A DNA stretch of 64,000 nt. Source: Vicugna vicugna (Eukaryota). The stretch spans positions 939,308 through 1,003,307 of the forward strand of contig MU061578.1 of assembly GCA_013265495.1 (NCBI GenBank), written 5' to 3'. Numbering within the stretch: position 1 is the first letter of the stretch; each line of letters opens with the position of its first letter. Under the pieces are notes generated by a model, which was not told the origin of the DNA, searched no databases, and saw only the letters and a program-made list of their open reading frames with translations. Below are positions 36,651 to 49,329 of this stretch, one piece after another. The position numbers were made by a program, and so were the translations under genes.

Positions 36651-37789
36651 CTACAAATCAGCCAATGAATTGCTTTTCCTACATTTAAGTGCTCTCAAGT
36701 TCTACTGATAAGGAATAATGCCACAGATGAGTCTACGCCATTTTTTCCCCCTACTCTGCAAATATGGATTCCAGAGCAAAGGGGTTCATACCCTCCTTGG
36801 GCTGTTACTGTAGCATTTCCCCCCAAAGCACTGATTTGCAAGCACAGCCGTCATAATCAATATATCTTAGTGATGAAATGATTCTTCAGAAATGCTCCCT
36901 GTGTGCCACCTACAGTCACAAGCCAAGAACGTAAGCAGGCCTGGTTCCTGTAAATGAGATTTGCACGCCATCACCTCACCTATGTGGTACTGGCTCCTTG
37001 TGTCCCAATGTCATTTGCCCCAGGACCCACTGGAGGTAACTCATACAAGACAAGAATGCTTTTTATGGATGGATTCTCTCCGAGTGGAGCAGAATGAAGC
37101 CAAGGAAGACATTGTTTAACATGGAAGCTGGTATAAAAAAGGTCGTTCCCCGAGTATTAGATTACCTTCTTAACAACAACAAAAAAGCTGGAATTTGAAA
37201 ATTCTTTAAACATTTCATATCTTCCATCGCTTCTGTGGCCGCCTTTATGGGGACCTATGGAAATCACTGCTTTTGTAAGCAATCGCATGATGTCCAGGGA
37301 CATAAAGGAATGCTATCTAAGGCTACGCCGTGTACCACGCTGGTCCTTCCTATGACGCACGTGTATGAGCCGGGGCCTCCTGGCACCTGCTCCCACCCCT
37401 CAAGGACATTCAAACCTTAGTAGGACAGCTGCTTTCAATGCTTCTGAAGTCTACACACTCCCTCCTGCAAGACAAGGCACACCGGCAAGATGAACTCAGC
37501 CTTGGCACTGATGTTTTAACTTCCCTGTTATTCAAGAGTCTTAAAAACCAGATTAATTATACTTGTACTTCAGAAACAAAAATTCCTTTGCTGCAAGAAC
37601 CGTGAAAACAAAATGCACTGATGATCTTTAAATGACCCAGAAACCAAGATAATTATAGTTGTAATTAATTACATAACATTACGTCCCATGGTAGTCAGCC
37701 AGAGGTCTAACCCAGAAAATTCTGAGGTTGGAAAATTTGAATTTAGGGACTTATCGCAGACACAGGGCCACGGAGCAGCCTCACCAATT

Positions 37790-37902
37790 CCTAATCTTTC
37801 TCTCAGCAGGCTGGACCTCAGGCAGAAATCACTTAACCTGTCCTTATCGCCCGTGCTCATCTGTAAAATGGGGGTGGGAGTCTTGGATCACCTCAAAAGG
37901 GG
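37790..37902 (+). mobile_element. MIR3-like fragment
   Basis: AAATCACTTAACCT...CTCATCTGTAAAATGGGG..TTGGATCACCTC. Confidence 0.7.
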
Positions 37903-38241
37903 AGCTGTGTTGAGCCATATAGCAATGATTTGAAATAAAATGATTTCACCCGTAACACACTCAAGGAATTTTAATGAAGCTGAGTTGTTCAATATCATAT
38001 AATAGCAGTAAGAGCCAGTAAAGTCAGTGCCAATACGATGCTCTGTTTATCGGAACTCCTTCTGAAACAGTTTTTGTTGTACCACATCAGCTGGGTGTAT
38101 TTCTTGACAACTTAAGAGAAGACTGGGAGAATTTTATTCCAAAAATGCAATGACTACTTGCTTACTGAATTATCTGCATTATCTCAGATCGTTTTAGAAA
38201 AGTGCTTTAGAAATGCACATGCCATTTTTTGCAATGCACTT

Positions 38242-38269
38242 TAAATAAATAAATAAATAAATAAATAAA
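38242..38269. repeat. (TAAA)7
   Basis: Read directly. Confidence 0.9.
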
Positions 38270-39004
38270 ACCAAACTTCATGTCTGAGTCTAGCTTGGGA
38301 TCCCTGGCTTATGGGATGATGGATGGATTGCCCCCTAATGACTCTAGCTCTTGGCTTCACCTGCCAAATGCTTATCGTTCACTTTCTTTGTGTTTAAGCC
38401 AGGACACATGCACAATATGTTCTCTTTGCGAAGCCTGTATCGGAGCATCCCTGTCCAAAGAGGTACTAGATAATAATAAAAAATTGTTACTAGTGTCATA
38501 ATTACAAAGTGGGTTTAAAATAATTCTTAAAAGCATAGGGAAACAGAGTAAAGGAGAAAGAGAGAGAGAAACCATTCGTTTTATCAGTCACTTCCTGTGT
38601 TTGTAGGTAAGATGCTCTCAGGACAAACTTGACCAGGAGAACAAGGACTGCAGAATTTTAACCCAGAGTGGCTCTCCCTCACTGTTTGGTGCTAGGCGCT
38701 TTTCCATCTTTGGAAGGAACTGGGGATGGAGAAAGGTATGAACAGCTGTGACAAACGCACGAAGAATGGTGGAGCACACTCAGTACCTGACTCTATATGA
38801 AACTCCTGTAACAGGTGAGCCCAAGGCCGATGCCACTGTAATGGGGAAGGGATTCAACGGCCACTGCTGAAGCTGCCTGTGTTCTCTGACCTGCAAAATG
38901 GGGTTCCTGGATCTTCCGTTCTTAATTTTCCCTAAGCAGACACTGCTTTAATTATCAGACCTACACATACATGAAACTCATTGCATCCCGAGGTTGATGC
39001 CATT

Positions 39005-39235
39005 GGAGATAGCACAGAAAGACTTCAGATTCTGCAATGAGGCAGTGCTGGCCCTGAACACTGACTCAGTGATTCAGGAGTTGGCAATCTGGCCACAGAA
39101 GCAATTCCACGTCTCTGAGCTTCAGTGTCTTTATCTTAGGATATGGATAATGATATTAATCTCCCAAGGTTATGGGAAAGATTAAATAGGATAATACATG
39201 CAAAAAAGTCTGGCAGGATGCCTGAAACGTGGAAA
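39005..39235 (+). mobile_element. MIR SINE
   Basis: TCTCTGAGCTTCAGTGTCTTTATC...GGATAATGATA...GATTAAATAGGATAATACATGCAAA. Confidence 0.8.
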
Positions 39236-39999
39236 CCAAAACATTCCATCTTCTTTTCGAACACACACATGGGCCCATCCACTCTGATAAGAAGACACGG
39301 ACGTACCTCAGGGCTATCTGTACACTTCCTTCCATCAATATGTTTGTTGTACACGTTATTTTCAATTACCTCACACCACACGTGGATTCCTGAATGCGAA
39401 ATCCTTAGAAGGCAAGTCCTGGCAAGTTATGGAGAAGACGCATTTTGGATGGAATGGGAAGAACGCTCTTCCGCTATTTCAAAACACCCAGTTGTCTGAG
39501 ATCAAATGGGCGAAACTTCATGGTAACAACTGTATAGACTGCCAGGATGTTGGATGTTGTGCAAATAAAGTCACTATATATATATATAAAAAAAATTGCT
39601 CGGAGCAAAAGAACAGGACAGGGTACATGTTGGAGATAAAAGAGGGGATTTTTTTTTTAGGTAGTTCTAGAAGATTCCCGTGGCTTTTGTTATTATTTTT
39701 AATTTTCGTTTGGGCATGGAAATCGGCCCTTTGTCTCATGCAAACTCATCTTCCAGTCAGGTTAATGTTATAGCAATCATGTGGAGGTGCGTTTAGGGCG
39801 GGGAAGAGTCAGGTATCTTCCGTGGGTAAGAAGCATTAATAAACATACTGGCTTAAGGCTAGAGTCAGTTGGATACAGTTGCGCCATATCTCAGAACCCA
39901 AGCCCTCATGAATTATTCAACTCAGCAGAATAATCCAGCATAACTAGGAATGAACAACCCACCCATTCGAGGGGAATGTTGTATGGAAGCCAGACGGGG

Positions 40000-40222
40000 A
40001 TGTTTGATGGTAACCTATCTTGTGCCAAACACTGTGCCAGATCAATTCCTAGAGGCACCCAAAGGGCGCGCCATCATTCCCCCGTTACAGGGAAATCGTT
40101 GTGGTCCTGCAAAAAGGTGGAAACATTTGATTCCACAGGATGGTGTATGTTTAAGCCCGTATTGAAACCCAGCACTGTCTGTCCCTGCAAATCTGTGCCC
40201 CGTGCTATTTCCACTGCCCCAT
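40000..40222 (-). mobile_element. MIR SINE
   Basis: CCTATCTTGTGCCAAACACTGTGC...ATCATTCCCCGTTACAG...GCTATTTCCACTGC. Confidence 0.6.
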
Positions 40223-41944
40223 ATCGTGTGCAAACCCCAAAGCTACAATAAAATGCCAGGCAGCGGCCCTTCTCCCCACTCCATCAGTGTGGGAGGAAAG
40301 CTCATGCCATGTCTGGGTCTGTATCTGCCTCTCCATGTGTGTCTCAGAAAGATAGTTTATCTTTCAAGTTTTATGGCTCATATCTGTGACTAAAATATCA
40401 TTTATGACAATTCCCATCTGCTAAGCTTCAAAAGTGATATAGTTTCATTGCAAAGGGCTGCTACTAGGGGCCTCGGTTACAAGCCAAGAGTTGAGTGGAA
40501 TCAAAATGTACCTGAACTCAATCTCACAGGATGCCGAGCCTCTTTAAAATCTGTCCATTTCCTTGGCACAGGGGGCTCTGAGAATGTGTCAAGGACCCAA
40601 ATTGCGGGGCTTCCCAGCTTCCCCCAGATCAGAGCAAAGACCTGGGCTCCTGCAGTCCACGCAGGTCAGCCCCGCTTCTTATTCTGGGCAGGAAAGCAGA
40701 ACGCGCGGTTCCTCCGTCATTCTCTGACAGTTATAGACTAGCTGGCACCTTATTAAAGAACACGGTTTGCCTGGGCCCTCTCTCTGGCCATCTCCTGCTC
40801 ACAATCCAGCACTTATTACAAAGGGACTGGAGATGAACATTATCCATTCTGCTGGGAGAAAATGCACATCGCTTAGTGGTCCCACAAAACCAGGAAAATG
40901 CAGAACCACGCAGACCCACCTTCCATCTCTCATCCCAGGATCTTTGTGTGTCTTAATTTTACCTGATGGCTTTGTTTTAAGACTGTCTTTATTTTATTTT
41001 CTCCTAACAGCATTTACTGTGGCCCCTTTCCCCCCTAATTTCAAATGCAACACATACTCCCTGTACTAAATTCTGAAAATATAGGAAAGATAAAATAAAA
41101 ATCAACTTAGAAGGAACATTCTTTTCTTATTTTTGAGTAGATCTTTCTGTTCTATCTCTCTCCTCTTTCTTCATCCCTTCCTGTCTCTCTTCTGCTTTTC
41201 CCCCAAAGTTGCTTTCATTTGTTGAAATATAAGTTTTCTGTAAACCCCAAAGAACCATAATACATAACTCTCATTTATTATGGAACGGTGGAAAAAGGAT
41301 ACTGAGTTTGCCGGTTGCCCTTCCTCTGTTCAGTGCCCGCAGCAGACATTGCCAATCGATTGTGAACCAACTCCTTCCTGAGTCAGACAGAATCCTTCTC
41401 CAAACAAAGTTCCAAACAGCCACGACTAATCACTCAGAGCTGGCACGAGATGTGACTTCTTCTGTGTATAGCCTCTGCCCTCAAGGAACTTACACTCTAG
41501 CTTGGGCAGCAAAACCAATCAAGAGGTGAATTTCAAGCCAAATAGTATAATAAAGGCACATATGAGAAGCCTGGCGCAGAAACCCAGTAGCTGTCTGATT
41601 TTCCTGCGGAGAGTGAACACTGCCTCCTTGTGAGTTGAGCAGCACCTGAACACTTCCTCTGCTGTGGGACTCAGGGTGCCTGGCAGTCACCTTTCTCACG
41701 TGAACTCCAGGGCCAAGGTCCCGCCTTCCACATGCGGTGGACCTAGCACTCAGCGAGAGGCCAAGGCAAGGACAAAGAAATCTCCGCGGAGTGGTTGCTC
41801 AGTAATGCCCCCTTTCCCTTCCTTTCCACGTATCTTAAAACAGAATGTCTGTACCAATGGTGAGAAAGTGATGAGAGCTAGGTACCACGATATACAGTAG
41901 GAGGTAAGTTCCGAATCACCCCTACGAAAAAGTAAGTTACGGGG

Positions 41945-42450
41945 CACCACCCTTTCACCCAGCAACCACACTGCTAAGAAAATACATGCCTGTAAAAATT
42001 AGCCAAGGTCCATGTATCTATGTTTCATTTATATATCTCTAGCTACACAGATAACTCAGAGAGTATGTACTTGGTATTAATGTTTGTAATAGAAAAAAAG
42101 CAAACAATTGAAAAGTTCATTAAGTGGACTGATTAAATTAGCTATGCCACAAGCATATAATGAAGGGCACTTGAAAGAGCGATAGGAAACTGTGTGTGCT
42201 CATATGAGAAACTGTCCAACGCACATTCTTTAAGCAAATTAAAGCAAATTAAAAGGAAAACAGGGCATAGAGTATGACTTTTTTTGTGAAAATAAAACAC
42301 ATGTGTACACACACACACACATATACATCATACACATACATATATACTCATGCTGTGCCCTCCTCCCTCCTGGGGTATTAACAAGAAACCATTGATAAAC
42401 CATTAGCTTTAGTTAGGACCGAGATTCAGAGGTGAGCTTTATCTTGCATT
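41945..42450 (+). mobile_element. Ancient L1ME-like fragment
   Basis: CCCTTTCACCCAGCAACCACACTGCTAAG...TGTTTGTAATAG...GACTGATTAAATT. Confidence 0.6.
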
Positions 42451-43551
42451 TTTCTTTGCTAGTCTTGGCGCCACTTAAATGATTGATCACGGGTATGCAG
42501 CCGTGCATAACATAAACAAACAAACAAAAAAATATTTCCTGGCTGGTCTAGTGGATGGGATTGTGGCCCACGTGTTTACTTCTCGATTCTTCATGGAAAA
42601 CGCGCAACATCTAAATGTTATGTTAAAGAAACAAATGATGAGTTTCGAGGGATGGAGTGAGATCCGGGTGGGAGAAGGGCAACGGCGAGGAGGAAGGTAG
42701 GCTTTGGCATTTATTAAAACATCAGAAAGGCTTCTGAAAGCCGCATAAAACTCAAGGTTTTTGGAGGACAGGAGAACAAAATAGAGGCAAGTCAAAAAAT
42801 ACAGAGACATCTGTCTGAATAAAACACCTATCTTGCTGATGCAGAAATTCGCCTTTTGGGGGTTTGCTTCTAGGGTCACCGTGCATTAGTATTCCACTCA
42901 GCGTTGCTGCAGGCACCATTTCTCTCCATTTCTTTTTGACCTCAAGCGTTTTATGCATAAATGTCAGTGTTCGTTGCAATTAATCATGCCTACCACAGAC
43001 TAATTGTGGACAACATTCATGCAATTAGCCCAAATGTGTTTCAAATATGCATGGATGTTCAGAAAGCACTCACACTCCAAAACCTCAGGTACCTAAACAG
43101 GAAAATTGGCCACTCTTTCACGAGTCCCTTTCAAATTCAACGTGAACCAGCAAGATAATCGGATCATAGCTGATGGCACCCGTGCCGAGGGTCTGTTAAT
43201 GAGAAAATGGTATCCTGAAAGGCATGCTGTGAACTCAGCAAAGCGGCACCTCTGAAAATACCAGGCATGCCCTTTAGAGAAGTTAGAGACGGAGAAAGAA
43301 AGAGAAAGAGAGAAAGAGAGAGATCACTGATCAGAGCTGGTAAAACCAGAGACGCCTTATGTAACTGCAAGACTCAGAATCAGGCACACTGGTCACACAC
43401 AACACGACCTACCTCCCAAGCATCACCTGTGGTTGCGGTGCCATCACTGTAGTTAGACACAGCTAGTTACCCATCACCAGTAGCCTGACCCAGACTGCAC
43501 ATCTGCCCGTCAGTGTTGTGTCTTAATATATGAAAAGAAGGTAACTTGAAG

Positions 43552-43781
43552 CAGTAGTTCTCAACCAAGGGCAGTTTCGCCCCCCAGAGGACATTTGGCA
43601 ATGCCTAGAAATACTTCGGTTGGCACCGATGGGGAGGGGGAGTGCGATTTCTGCTGGCATCCAGCGGATGGAGGCCAGGGATGCTGCCAAAAGTCCTATA
43701 AAGCACAGGGCAGCCCACCCTGGCCCCCAACAAATATTAACCTGGCCAGAATGACGACAGCGCCAAGGTTGAGCAACTATG
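43552..43781 (+). mobile_element. MER20 (near full length)
   Basis: CAGTAGTTCTCAACC...GGACATTTGGCAATGCCTAGA...GAGGCCAGGGATGCTGCCAAA...AAGGTTGAGCAAC. Confidence 0.92.
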
Positions 43782-43789
43782 ACTTCGAG

Positions 43790-44030
43790 TAATTAAAAAG
43801 TGTGGATTCTGGGATGAAGATGATTGATCTAGGGTGGTTTGTGGCTCTGACGACAGCACTGTGGCCCCAGGCAAGGCCCTTCACTTCTGTGAGCCTCAGT
43901 TTTTTGCCTCCATGAAGTGGGGATAACGGTTTATACTTTGCTGGGCTGTGGCAAGAATTTGAAACAATGAAAGTGGAAGTGCCCAGCACAGAATAACTAG
44001 GAGCTATCCGAATCACTGCAGTTATTATCA
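43790..44030 (+). mobile_element. MIR SINE
   Basis: GGCAAGGCCCTTCACTTCTGTGAGCCTCAGTTT...GGGGATAA...AAGTGCCCAGCACAG. Confidence 0.8.
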
Positions 44031-45164
44031 GGATTCACTGATTTTTGTTTTCACTCACATCACCAAACAGCAACCAACCAAACTTCTTGGAGAGTCCATG
44101 CTATGGCTAATCAGGCACCGTGGCAAATATTCCCCCGTCCTCCCAGGAATAAACTAGTCTCACTTCAAACAATTGTTACAGTTTGAATCCAATTGACTCC
44201 AGACAAAAGTATTGAGATAATCAGCATATTAAAGCCAACACTATAACCATATGTTAATTATGTAAATGATTCATTTTAATCAGCTAGAACCATGTAAAGA
44301 GTAACTAGGAATGCAAATGCAGGGAGTTATTAAAAAGCTCATTATTATTCATCTTGGTTCCATGCGTGAACGTATCCATCCAAACAGATGAATTAATAGC
44401 GAGAGGAGAGATGAAAGCACTGGAGGGTGAGTCTGCGGGACACCATCTGTCTGCCTTTGCTTCTGCTCAGGCCTCCACTTTGCAGAAAAGCTGCAAGAGG
44501 CGAGAGGGAGGCTGGGAGCTTCCTCCGGATGGCTTGGTCAGCCTCTCAGAGCTGGGGGAGCACAGGCGGTGTTTCTTTTTCTCGGGGTATGTTTGCTTTT
44601 TAAGGTCGGGACCGGAAGCGCCTGGGTAGCATGGAAACGCCTCTGCTGTGTGAAGCCGACTCTGGATTTGGATGGACAGATCCATTCTTGAGGCATGAAG
44701 ACACTCTTCATCATTCTTTTTTTCTTTTTTTTCTTCCACCTTCATTATAATTTCTACCACACTATTTCCTCTGTCATCAAGAGAGCTTAGGAAGATTGTA
44801 TTGTTATATTACCATTAATAATTGAGAATGATTATACTTTTATTATATTGTTATTGTTGTAAAGCACTTTCTCTTCATCCAACTCCGTTTGCTCTTCACC
44901 AAGGTCACTGGGCTGGAGGGTCTCAATTAGGATTATAAGCCTGCCTCTCATAGTAGCAATGTCCGCAGCTCACTTCACTTGCTAATTAGATGCTTCCAGA
45001 AGAAATTTATTTCTGAAACTTTGAGAGGGACGAGGTATAGCAATACCAGAATATCTATAGTTTGCATATTTGTCAGGGGGGCATAAAGGGCAAGACTCTG
45101 CGTGGTCTATACACTGACTCATCTCATTTCCTCCTCCCCACCCCTGTTTTTCTTTATGTAGTTC

Positions 45165-45420
45165 ATTGTCCGCATTTTATAAAGATGAGAAAACTCAGCT
45201 TGAAGCAACCTGATGAACCCATAAGGGACCGGAATTTGAACCTAGATCTGATTTCATAGCTCACAATTTCCCCTGCTTGAATCCTAATGAAGAAAGTATT
45301 AAAATGTTTCCGTGTATCATTGAGGAAGCCGTGACTCGGAGAAGTTTGATGGGCTGGCCTGGTGTCAAGTTGGTTCTCTGGATTTGAACCCAGGTCTGTC
45401 TGGCCCTCAGTCTCTCCCTT
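45165..45420 (-). mobile_element. Two adjacent MIR fragments
   Basis: CATTTTATAAAGATGAGAAAACTCAG..GGAATTTGAACCTAG and GGATTTGAACCCAGGTCTGTCTGG. Confidence 0.65.
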
Positions 45421-45488
45421 ACTGCTCTGAGGGTAAGGTCCTTGTGGGTCCCCTGAAATCATCACCACACTCTGCCAGCTGGTATAAT

Positions 45489-45698
45489 CAGTGTAGTTCA
45501 ATAGAACTTTCTGGGATGATGGGCACGCTCTAACTCTGTTCTGGGCAATATGGTAGCTGCGAGCCACATATGACCACTGATCACTTGAAAGGTGGCCAAT
45601 GTGACTAAGAACTGACTTCTAAAAATTGTATCTGATTTCAGTTCATTTGAGTGTAAATATCTACACGTGGCGCATGGCTGCCATATTAGACAGCACGG
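45489..45698. mobile_element. MER3 hAT DNA transposon
   Basis: CAATAGAACTTTCTGGGATGATGG...CAATATGGTAGC..GCCACAT...ATGGCTGCCATATTAGACAGCAC. Confidence 0.9.
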
Positions 45699-45936
45699 CT
45701 CTGATCTTCACAGACGCTATCACGTCATTTAATGCTCCCAAGTCCTCACATGATAGGAAAGGCCTCTCACAGACAAGACTAGGAGGGCAGCTCTATTAAA
45801 CAAGCAATGGGAGGTTGCACAGGTCAATGATGCCCGAGCCAGGAGCGTCAGCTGGCACCCCATCCTCACTTCCAATCTCTTTGTGTTGAAAAGAAGAAAC
45901 CTTCACTACCCTTCTCATTCCATAAAGAATTCAAGA

Positions 45937-46030
45937 GGAGGGTTGGACATAGCTCAGTGGGAGAGCCCATGCTCAGCATGCACAAGGTCCTGGGTTCAAT
46001 CCCCGGTGCCTCCGCTGGAAAAAAAAAAAA
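45937..46030 (+). mobile_element. tRNA-derived SINE, Vic-1 type (camelid)
   Basis: A box TAGCTCAGTGG (45950-45960), body CATGCTCAGCATGCACAAGGTCCT, B box GGTTCAATCCC (45993-46003), A12 tail. Confidence 0.8.
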
Positions 46031-46427
46031 TGCGGGCCATGACCTGGGTCATCGGGTTGTTCTTGCTTTGTTGGCTTAATCGATGGTGACTCCCCAAGAG
46101 AGAACTGCTTTTCTCACCATCAAGCCTCTAAACTGTCCTAGGACATTTGTTCCATTTTAAAATGAAGGGAATTAAAATTCATGATGTTTTGACACCTTCA
46201 TGAAACCTTTTTAAGTATATAAAGACTCTTGAACGATCCATGATATTAGTCTTCCAGGAATGCTTAAGCTTTCCAAAAACGGGTCTTCTCGAGATAAACA
46301 AGGGAAAAGAAAAAAAAATAGATGGAATATAAAACACTAGTTTCAGAAATATTTATGGCCTTTCTTCCCTCTTTAGAGTAGAGAGTAACAGCTGAGGACC
46401 CTTGGGCTAATGCTACGTTTAGTTACA

Positions 46428-46520
46428 TGTAATATATATATATATATATATGTTCAGTTATGTGTGGTGCATGTATATGTGTATATTGTGGGCATACACA
46501 TGTATGTAAATATATATGTT
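46428..46520. repeat. (TA)n / TATG-rich low complexity
   Basis: Read directly. Confidence 0.75.
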
Positions 46521-47254
46521 TAAATTAGTTGTTACGACTTAATAATCATGATGACTATTCCCATAAAATCTGAGCTTTAATTTTAGCTTCTTTTGAAATA
46601 TATCAGAAAATCTGGTAACACGGAGCTTGAATTACCGCCTGGGAGAAAAAACGACAAGTTACGTAGAAGCTGCCTCCTTCCAATGGAACATGAACAACAG
46701 GAAGTTTGTTGTTTACTTCTCCCCAGTGGCCACTGTCCTGGCTGGTGTGTTCATGTGCCTGAGCACCTGAGCCTGAGCTGGACACCCTCACAAGCGGAGT
46801 AGATGGCCATCTCTTCCATCAGCTCGACTACACAAGCCTGGAAAAGGTGCCTCACGATGTTCCAGGCAGAGGAATCTCCTCTTCTCTTCATATGAGGTCG
46901 CGTGTGTATTTTTTTCCTTTGCAAGCAACTCAAATCAAACAGATGGATAAGGATTGGTCAGAGAATCCACCAAAGGGAGAGAGACCAGAGGAAACACTGG
47001 CCACAATGTCTGATTTACACCTGGCTCTGTGCAGCTGTGACAAGACTTCTTCAGGACTGACGCGGTGAAGGCTACAATCTGAATAGCAACTTTGTATATT
47101 GAAAGGGCAAATCCCAAAGGTCCACCTGCGCTGCCTCATCTCTGCAAACCGTCAGATCGGGGGGCCGAGCGTGGGGCCTCGACCACTCCCCAGGGTATAG
47201 CTGCAAACACCACCCGGCCCGGAAGCATCTCCTAGACTCAGTCGACGTGCTCAC

Positions 47255-47290
47255 CAGCAGCGATTTCATGAGTCGCCGACACCAGATTGT
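47255..47290 (-). other. Candidate 36-nt microexon of an unidentified minus-strand gene
   Basis: Minus strand: long T run, then CCCTCCCTTCCTCCTGGTCTTAG | 36 nt | GTGAGC (CTG/GTGAGC donor). Length is divisible by 3 and two frames are open. Confidence 0.35.
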
Positions 47291-48169
47291 CTAAGACCAG
47301 GAGGAAGGGAGGGAAAAAAAAAAAAAAGGAGCAAGCCAGAAAACCCATCTGCAATTCATTTCACACCAGACTTAAAAAACACGTCCACCTGACAAAAGTA
47401 CAATCGATCATTTCATTTCATTTTTAAAAGAGTAAACATGCTCAAAATTAAATGATTTTGGGGGGTGAGAAGTAAGGACATCCACAAAGCTCTCTGTGGC
47501 TTTGTTCTTTGTATTCTAATTCTTTCATGTCTCTCTGCCTGGTGTCTCCTAATGTACTTTCACTAGAATCCGATTTTTGATCTTTAATCCCTTTATGTGT
47601 TTTTCTGTGCTTACTCTTGAATGCCTTTGTAGCTGCCATAATTGGGTCTCTGGCATCATTTTAATAGGGCTTAGCACAATGCAGGCTTGACAAATTTCAT
47701 CTAAGTAGGGGAAAAAAAAAACTATCAATATCATCTGAGAAGATTGACCAGAGTTTCAGATACACTGCAACAAACATGTCCAACAGGACCCAGTGAGGCC
47801 GAGGAAGGCAGCCTCCGTGGTGGGACAGGGAAGAGATGAAGGAAACCATCTAAGGTCTGAGCTACGACAGCCCTGGATATCCTAGAGGTTTACAGCTTCA
47901 CGAGTCTGCAGGCAGAAGGCCGGGCCAGATGATTTTTCAAGACCCAAGTTGGTTCAGCAATCTCGCAATAAATGTCAGGGCCTGGCTTCCCTGGAAACAC
48001 GGCACAGACGTTGTCTCCTCTCCAGGTGCCTGTGCTTTTGTGATTTTCGGCCAAGGTGCTCAACAACCTGGCAGTGTCTAAGTGACATTCTCCGACACAG
48101 CCCCGCTGGAAACAATGTCGGATTTACAGATGTCCTGGCAATCAGGGAACGTGCAGTAGAAGCAGACAT

Positions 48170-48560
48170 TGTCAATGGGGGTGGCAGCCTGCCTCACAAT
48201 AATCCCGTTTTATCTGGGAGAGACCTCAGTGTACAAATGGAGAGTCAGTGGCCACATGTTTGTGCCCTATGACCCGGCCCTGCACACAGGCCACGGCTGA
48301 TTGGTTCAGTGGTGAGCACCTGACCTGTGCTGAGCCAATCAAAACCTTCCCCGGGAATCATGGAAACCATGGTTCTGACATGAAACCGGGAAAAAGACTC
48401 AACCATCCTCTGACGTCCAAGCCTAGAGGCTCAGTGGCGATTAGCAGCCACATTTCCCACCATGTGCAGGAAGCTGGTTTGTGGCAGTAAAAAACTGACA
48501 CAAGAAAAGGAGACAAGGAAGGAGAACTTTCCAGTTCTACTGTTTTCTGAGTCCTGACCA
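48170..48560 (+). mobile_element. MLT1J/K/L-like LTR
   Basis: GGCCACGGCTGATTGGTTCAG..GAGCACCTGACC..GCTGAGCCAATCA..CTTCCCCGGGA...GCAGCCACATTTCCCACCATGTG. Confidence 0.75.
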
Positions 48561-48641
48561 TCTTGGTGATGATCGTATGAGATGTACCTGATACACCTTT
48601 GCCTAAGCGGATTTGAGTGGCGTTCTAGCTCTTACGCTAAA

Positions 48642-48850
48642 ACGGGGTTTCTCAGTCTCTGGACTCTTGGTATTTTTGGTGCCCTCATTCTTTGTTGTGG
48701 GAGGTTGTCCTGCGCACCCTAGAATATTGGCAGTGTTTCTGGCCTCTACCCACCAGATGCCAGTAGCAACACCCCCACCTCCCAAATTGCAACAACTAAA
48801 AATGTCCCCAGACATTGTCGAAGGCCCCCGTGGGAAAAGTCACTGCCCTA
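48642..48850 (-). mobile_element. MER20
   Basis: TTCTTTGTTGTGGG..TGTCCTGCGCAC...GGCCTCTACCCACCAGATGCCAGTAGCA...AAAAATGTCCCCAGACATTG. Confidence 0.92.
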
Positions 48851-49329
48851 AAAGAATCGTAATCCAGCAATTCAACATCGGTAACCAACAAGGTTCTGTG
48901 ACCCTGCCATGGCAACTCAGGCTTGGTGCATGAATTGAGACTATAAAAAAGTGAGTCCCAATTTAGGCTCTCAGTCTTCAATATGATCTAAATTCTTCCT
49001 TATTACAAACTATCTGGCAAGGTTCTTCATAGATTTATTACCCTGTGGAGTGTTTCATCTGTTTCTCTGGTTGCCGGTGACATTTATATCTCACAGAGAT
49101 GTTTATGGTCACAAAGAGGAAAAAGGTCCCTTGTGTTCGTGGCACGGGTCTTGATACATAGTCCATGATGAGACTGGATATGCATCACATTGGGACAGAC
49201 AATATACATAGATACACTAATGGATACACTGTATGACATACATAGATACGTACACATGCCACAGGCATCATTCTGATCACTGAGGAGACCTGCTCTAAAG
49301 CATTAACAATCAGAATGTTTGGCATCTAA

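Noticed and set aside
45937..46015. tRNA gene
   Set aside because: It has A and B boxes but no complete cloverleaf or acceptor stem and ends in poly(A), so it is a SINE.
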